Assembly: GCA_016840465.1 (NCBI GenBank)
Contig: JAEOSH010000002.1
Location: 72,730 to 104,729 of the forward strand
Length of the DNA: 32,000 nt
Direction of reading: 5' to 3'
Origin: Candidatus Baldrarchaeum yapensis
Lineage (GTDB): Archaea > Asgardarchaeota > Baldrarchaeia > Baldrarchaeales > Baldrarchaeaceae
Shown: positions 28,695-32,000 of the stretch, piece after piece
How the letters are laid out: each line of letters starts with the position of its first letter
How positions within the stretch are numbered: the first letter of the stretch is position 1
The notes under the pieces: generated by a model
Told to the model about the DNA's origin: nothing
The model's input: the letters and a program-made list of their open reading frames with translations, nothing else
Database searches by the model: none
Made by a program: the position numbers and the translations under genes

Positions 28695-29498
28695 TCACCG
28701 TAATTTTTTCAATTCGTTCTCGAAATCTTCCGATTTTCGTATCAGAATCTTAATAGCTTCCTCAACTATTCTTTCAGGTGGTAAGGAACCCGTTGACTCT
28801 AATCTAAATATAAACGTGCGTTCATCCCAAGAGACCTTAATCGCCTTTGAGGGACATACTTCCTCACACAAACGACAAAGATTGCACTCAATTATATTGG
28901 TTATTACTAATTGATCATCTTCCAATCTGAGTATCCTTCTCGGGCAATTCTCGACACAATTGCCACATTTGTTACATTTTTCGAGATCTATCGATATCTG
29001 TGGCATATATTTGTAGGCCACTGTCGATACTGGTTGCCATTTCGCATGTTCCCTTCCACGACCGAGTCTTGCATAGGCCTCAAGTTCAAGCTTTTGACCC
29101 TTTTTGAGCTTGACAATTGGTATATCCCCGCTCACGGGAACAATTTTTGGATCTTGAGAGACGAGATCCCTAGAGTACACAGTTACGATATCATCTTTTG
29201 CTTCCACCTTCAGTGACAGTACCACTTGACATTGATCGCAACCAGTACCCCCACAGGAGCACTCCTCTGGTAGCACATAGCTATCCAGATCGGTAGTTAG
29301 AGGTATAAGGCCGAGTCTATGGGCTATGATCTCGTCAAAAAAGACGGATGTATTTTCAACGAAAAGTACCTTATCAATCGCCATAGTTGGAACTTCTGCT
29401 AGTATGATCCTCCTAAGGGCGTTTGCAAACGCTACATCGACTCCTTTTAATATAAATGATAAATTCCTATCATCACGTTCTAGTATCTGTATTTCCAT
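28695..29498 (-). CDS. rpoD: RNA polymerase subunit Rpo3 (D) with 2x[4Fe-4S] ferredoxin-like domain
   Basis: [23 protein letters not shown] and GREHAKWQP motifs; two CxxCxxCxxxCP motifs. Confidence 0.97.
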   Translation of the reverse strand: MEIQILERDDRNLSFILKGVDVAFANALRRIILAEVPTMAIDKVLFVENTSVFFDEIIAHRLGLIPLTTDLDSYVLPEECSCGGTGCDQCQVVLSLKVEAKDDIVTVYSRDLVSQDPKIVPVSGDIPIVKLKKGQKLELEAYARLGRGREHAKWQPVSTVAYKYMPQISIDLEKCNKCGNCVENCPRRILRLEDDQLVITNIIECNLCRLCEEVCPSKAIKVSWDERTFIFRLESTGSLPPERIVEEAIKILIRKSEDFENELKKLR

Positions 29499-29515
29499 TT
29501 TTGTCTACCTACCTC

Positions 29516-29920
29516 TTACACTCTTCGACCTCTCCGGCCTCCAGGTCGCCTAGTGGTGTCATGCGGAATTGGCGTCACGTCCTCTATCCTTCCTATTTTT
29601 AAACCGGATCGCGCCAATGCTCTTATAGCAGCCTGTGCTCCTGGACCTGGTGTTTTTGGCCCATGCCCACCGGGCGCTCTGACCTTTATGTGCACTCCAA
29701 CGATTCCCTTCTCCTTTGCTATTTCAGCTGCCTTGAAGGCCGCCTGCATCGCAGCGTACGGCGATGATTCCTCTCTATCAGCCTTCACGAACATTCCGCC
29801 ACTACAAATGGCTATTGTTTCCGCTCCACTTAGGTCGGTTATGTGAACTATAGTATTATTGTAAGAGCTGTAGATATGTGCAACTCCCCATCGTGCTATC
29901 TTCTTCTTACTGCTGCTCAC
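29516..29920 (-). CDS. rps11: 30S ribosomal protein uS11
   Basis: [34 protein letters not shown] and [10 protein letters not shown] motifs. Confidence 0.98.
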   Translation of the reverse strand: MSSSKKKIARWGVAHIYSSYNNTIVHITDLSGAETIAICSGGMFVKADREESSPYAAMQAAFKAAEIAKEKGIVGVHIKVRAPGGHGPKTPGPGAQAAIRALARSGLKIGRIEDVTPIPHDTTRRPGGRRGRRV

Positions 29921-30452
29921 TCTGGCTCACCTCCTTTAGACTCTTAGGCCTCTCCGGGTGATTGGGGTCATTATAAGGAGAACTAGGAGCATACCATATC
30001 AGATCCTCTTCATCTACCGGGACTAGATATGAGGGACACGTGACTCTCCTTCCGTTTATTGCTATATGTCCATGTACTACTAACTGACGTGCGTGGTGCG
30101 GAGATTTTGCCAGCCCCTTCTTGTAAACTATTGTTTGTAATCTCCTTTCTAGAATATTTTCAACGGTCATTGAGAGAACATCATCAAGAGTTGCGCCTTC
30201 CGGAAGAAATCCCATTTTCTGCAATTTCTTAATGAATTGATTCTCTGCTTCTTTACGTTGCTCTTCCGGCATTGCCAGCAATTCCCTTGCACGACGTCTT
30301 ATTTTCCTAAGCATGTATAGGTGTCTTCGGAGTTCTTTCTTGTTTCTGAGACCATATTTGCCAACTAATATCAGTTCTTCCTGAAGAAGTTCACGCCGCC
30401 AAGGATGACGTGGTGATATGTATTTGTTTTTTGGCCTGCGTGGATCCCCCAT
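29907..30452 (-). CDS. rps4: 30S ribosomal protein uS4
   Basis: [24 protein letters not shown] and [10 protein letters not shown] motifs. Confidence 0.98.
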   Translation of the reverse strand: MGDPRRPKNKYISPRHPWRRELLQEELILVGKYGLRNKKELRRHLYMLRKIRRRARELLAMPEEQRKEAENQFIKKLQKMGFLPEGATLDDVLSMTVENILERRLQTIVYKKGLAKSPHHARQLVVHGHIAINGRRVTCPSYLVPVDEEDLIWYAPSSPYNDPNHPERPKSLKEVSQSEQQ

Positions 30453-30458
30453 AGCTCA

Positions 30459-30914
30459 TCACTTCTTTCTCCTCTTCATTACACCAACAGTTCGTCCCTT
30501 TCTTCCGGTGGATCTGGTACGTTGCCCTCTTACCTTTAGCCCCCAGGCGTGACGCAAACCTCGCCAACATTTAATCCTTTTGAGAAACTCGATATCGTTA
30601 CGTATCGCGAGGAGGAGGTCCGACCCTATTAGGTGGAGGTCATTTCCGGTCTCTCTATCCTTACGTCTGTTAAAGAACCACGAAGGGAAACCATAATTTG
30701 CCGGATTTTTTATAATATCCTCTATTTTCTTAATATCTGCGTCAGATAGATATCCTATTCTCATATCAGGATCCAATCCAGCAACTTTAACTATCGCTTC
30801 GGCAAATCTCTGTCCAATCCCCCTAATCTGGGATAGCCCATGAACGAGTTTTACGCTACCATCTATATCAACACCCGCTATTCTAACAATGTGACGATAC
30901 TCGCCAACAGACAC
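30459..30914 (-). CDS. rps13: 30S ribosomal protein uS13 (GTG 30914 preferred over 30932)
   Basis: RHIVRIAG, LSQIRGIG, NRRKDRETG and GLKVRGQRTRSTGR motifs; GAGGTG SD 6 nt upstream. Confidence 0.97.
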   Translation of the reverse strand: MSVGEYRHIVRIAGVDIDGSVKLVHGLSQIRGIGQRFAEAIVKVAGLDPDMRIGYLSDADIKKIEDIIKNPANYGFPSWFFNRRKDRETGNDLHLIGSDLLLAIRNDIEFLKRIKCWRGLRHAWGLKVRGQRTRSTGRKGRTVGVMKRRKK

Positions 30915-30952
30915 GCATGACACCTCGGACACTACTCACACATTATCAAAGG

Positions 30953-30960
30953 TATTTAAA
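30953..30960 (-). promoter_or_regulatory. Putative TATA box of the rps13 operon
   Basis: Minus strand GAAATG-TTTAAATA. The predicted TSS near 30930 lies just upstream of the SD. Confidence 0.55.
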
Positions 30961-31119
30961 CATTTCATAACGTCCGTGAAGGAGATGGATGGCATCAATT
31001 TATTCTGCATACCAAACCAGTGGGGGATACTAAATTTTTCGGTAGTGGTGACAGGAATGTTAAAACAACCCCATCCTCTGATGAAAAGTCTAAAATTATA
31101 GGGCGTTCTATAAGTTGTT

Positions 31120-31150
31120 TAGTACTACATTGTACTACATTTATAGTACT
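31120..31150. repeat. Short tandem/palindromic AGTACT cluster
   Basis: AGTACTACAT (31121-30), TGTACTACAT (31131-40) and TAGTACT (31144-50), at the point where GC content rises. Confidence 0.6.
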
Positions 31151-32000
31151 TCTGAAACTCTTTCTTGAAGAGAGCGAAGGGTTTATGCGGCCGCCCGCCG
31201 GCACCTAACAGTATGAAGCGCCGACACAACCGCAAAAGAGCGAAACGCGCACCGGCGAGCGACCGAAATACGGCACGGCGGGCGCAATATTTAAGCGTAT
31301 CGGCGCTCGCGAAGGCGCTCCCGCGCTCCATACGCGGCTACAAACTCGATCGGGCGGCTCTCTCATGGATCCTGACGAAGGCTACTGTCTCCAATGACTT
31401 CGTGACGTCCGCCACGTGACCGCTTCATGTGCATCCCGACTCGGTGGCGTTCCAGCTGAGGAAAATAGGAATGCGTGACGCCGAGAATCTCAACGAGGCC
31501 CTTGGGGAGATCGCCGCCGGAGTGCTGTGCCGCAGAAGGGTATCGATCACGATAGACACAACTGAAGTTCCCTACTTCGGCACGCGCGACGAGTGGGTCC
31601 ATACTCACCCACCAGGAGGTGCTACGTGCACAGGTACGTCGTAGCGGCCGCCATCGACGGCCCTCGGAAGATCCCACTCTCCATAAGGCCCACCTCCCTG
31701 TTCGACAGCCGCGCCGACTCCGTGGAGGCGGTGCTTCGTGACATCGAGAGGCTGGGGGCTCGAGGTTGAGGGGGGTCTACATGGATTGTGGCTTTTTCTC
31801 GGTGGAGGTCATGGAGATTCTCACTAGAAGGAACATCCCATTTGCGATCGCCGCCAGGAGGACGGCGGGCATAAAGAGGGGTCTGGAGGGTCTGAGCGGC
31901 GACGGTCCACACGTTGTTCCGTACGTTGTGAGCGCGAGCGGCGGGAGGAGGCAGATAAGCGTCGATCTCATTGTTTACCAGCGCGGGGAGAAGCGGATTG
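31144..32000 (+). mobile_element. Degenerate IS element, ISH3/IS4-like; left end approximate, runs off the window
   Basis: Abrupt GC rise (two sampled 60-nt lines 37/60 and 41/60 GC, versus 25/60 in one sampled host line) and a broken DDE transposase reading frame. Confidence 0.75.
31213..32000 (+). pseudogene. ISH3-family-like DDE transposase pseudogene
   Basis: Reconstructed segments ...SAT*PLHVHPDSV...VSITIDTTEVPYFG...WVH / RYVVAAAIDG...PLSIRP...VEAVL / VYMDCGFFSVEVMEIL...PFAI. Lesions: TGA 31417-19, frameshift near 31609, extra G in runs 31754-58 and 31770-75. Confidence 0.8.

Noticed and set aside
730-29846. Many antisense or alternative-frame ORFs, e.g. 2205-2654, 6453-7010, 13014-13532, 20629-21579
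   Set aside because: They lie opposite clearly identified conserved genes or the tRNA, have Ser/Phe/Leu-rich shadow composition and show no motifs.
31078-31185. CTGATGA...GAAA resembling a hammerhead ribozyme core or C/D sRNA
   Set aside because: Stems I and III and the A15.1-U16.1 pair cannot be formed; no internal D'/C' boxes.
31417-31419. In-frame TGA as selenocysteine or programmed readthrough
   Set aside because: The same gene has three further frameshifts and no SECIS-like element was seen. A CGA-to-TGA nonsense change is simpler.
1-32000. CRISPR array, rRNA, inteins, prophage genes
   Set aside because: No regularly spaced repeats, rRNA signatures, intein-sized insertions or viral hallmark genes seen by eye.

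Overview
Archaeal core-genome window, almost entirely a ~31 kb translation super-cluster with 30 ribosomal protein genes. Reading in the main (minus) direction: [S13-S4-S11-rpoD-L18e-L13-S9], a plus-strand block [alba-nusA2-aspS], [S17-L14-L24-S4e-L5-S14-S8-L6-L32e-L19e-L18-S5-L30-L15-secY-DUF106-L34e-cmk-L14e-cbf5-methyltransferase-tRNA-Ser], a plus-strand block [nep1-ychF-serA-like], and [rpp21-S19e-PDCD5-L39e-L31e-eIF6-eL20-pfdA-ftsY-argF-ftsZ-secE-spt5-L11-L1-P0-P1-DUF434]. Gene content and protein style suggest a TACK- or Asgard-related, probably thermophilic archaeon; this is an inference and cannot be resolved without a phylogeny. The ORF track missed L39e, S14, the truncated DUF434 gene and the tRNA. 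I adjusted many starts using the GGTGA/GGAGG Shine-Dalgarno sites. The most unusual item is a tRNA-Ser(GGA) with two BHB introns (positions 29/30 and 37/38), whose 3' end overlaps the last 13 codons of the convergent serA-like gene. The last ~850 bp are a GC-rich, multiply inactivated ISH3/IS4-like transposase. I found no convincing new multi-gene system; the findings are mostly RNA-level and gene-order observations.
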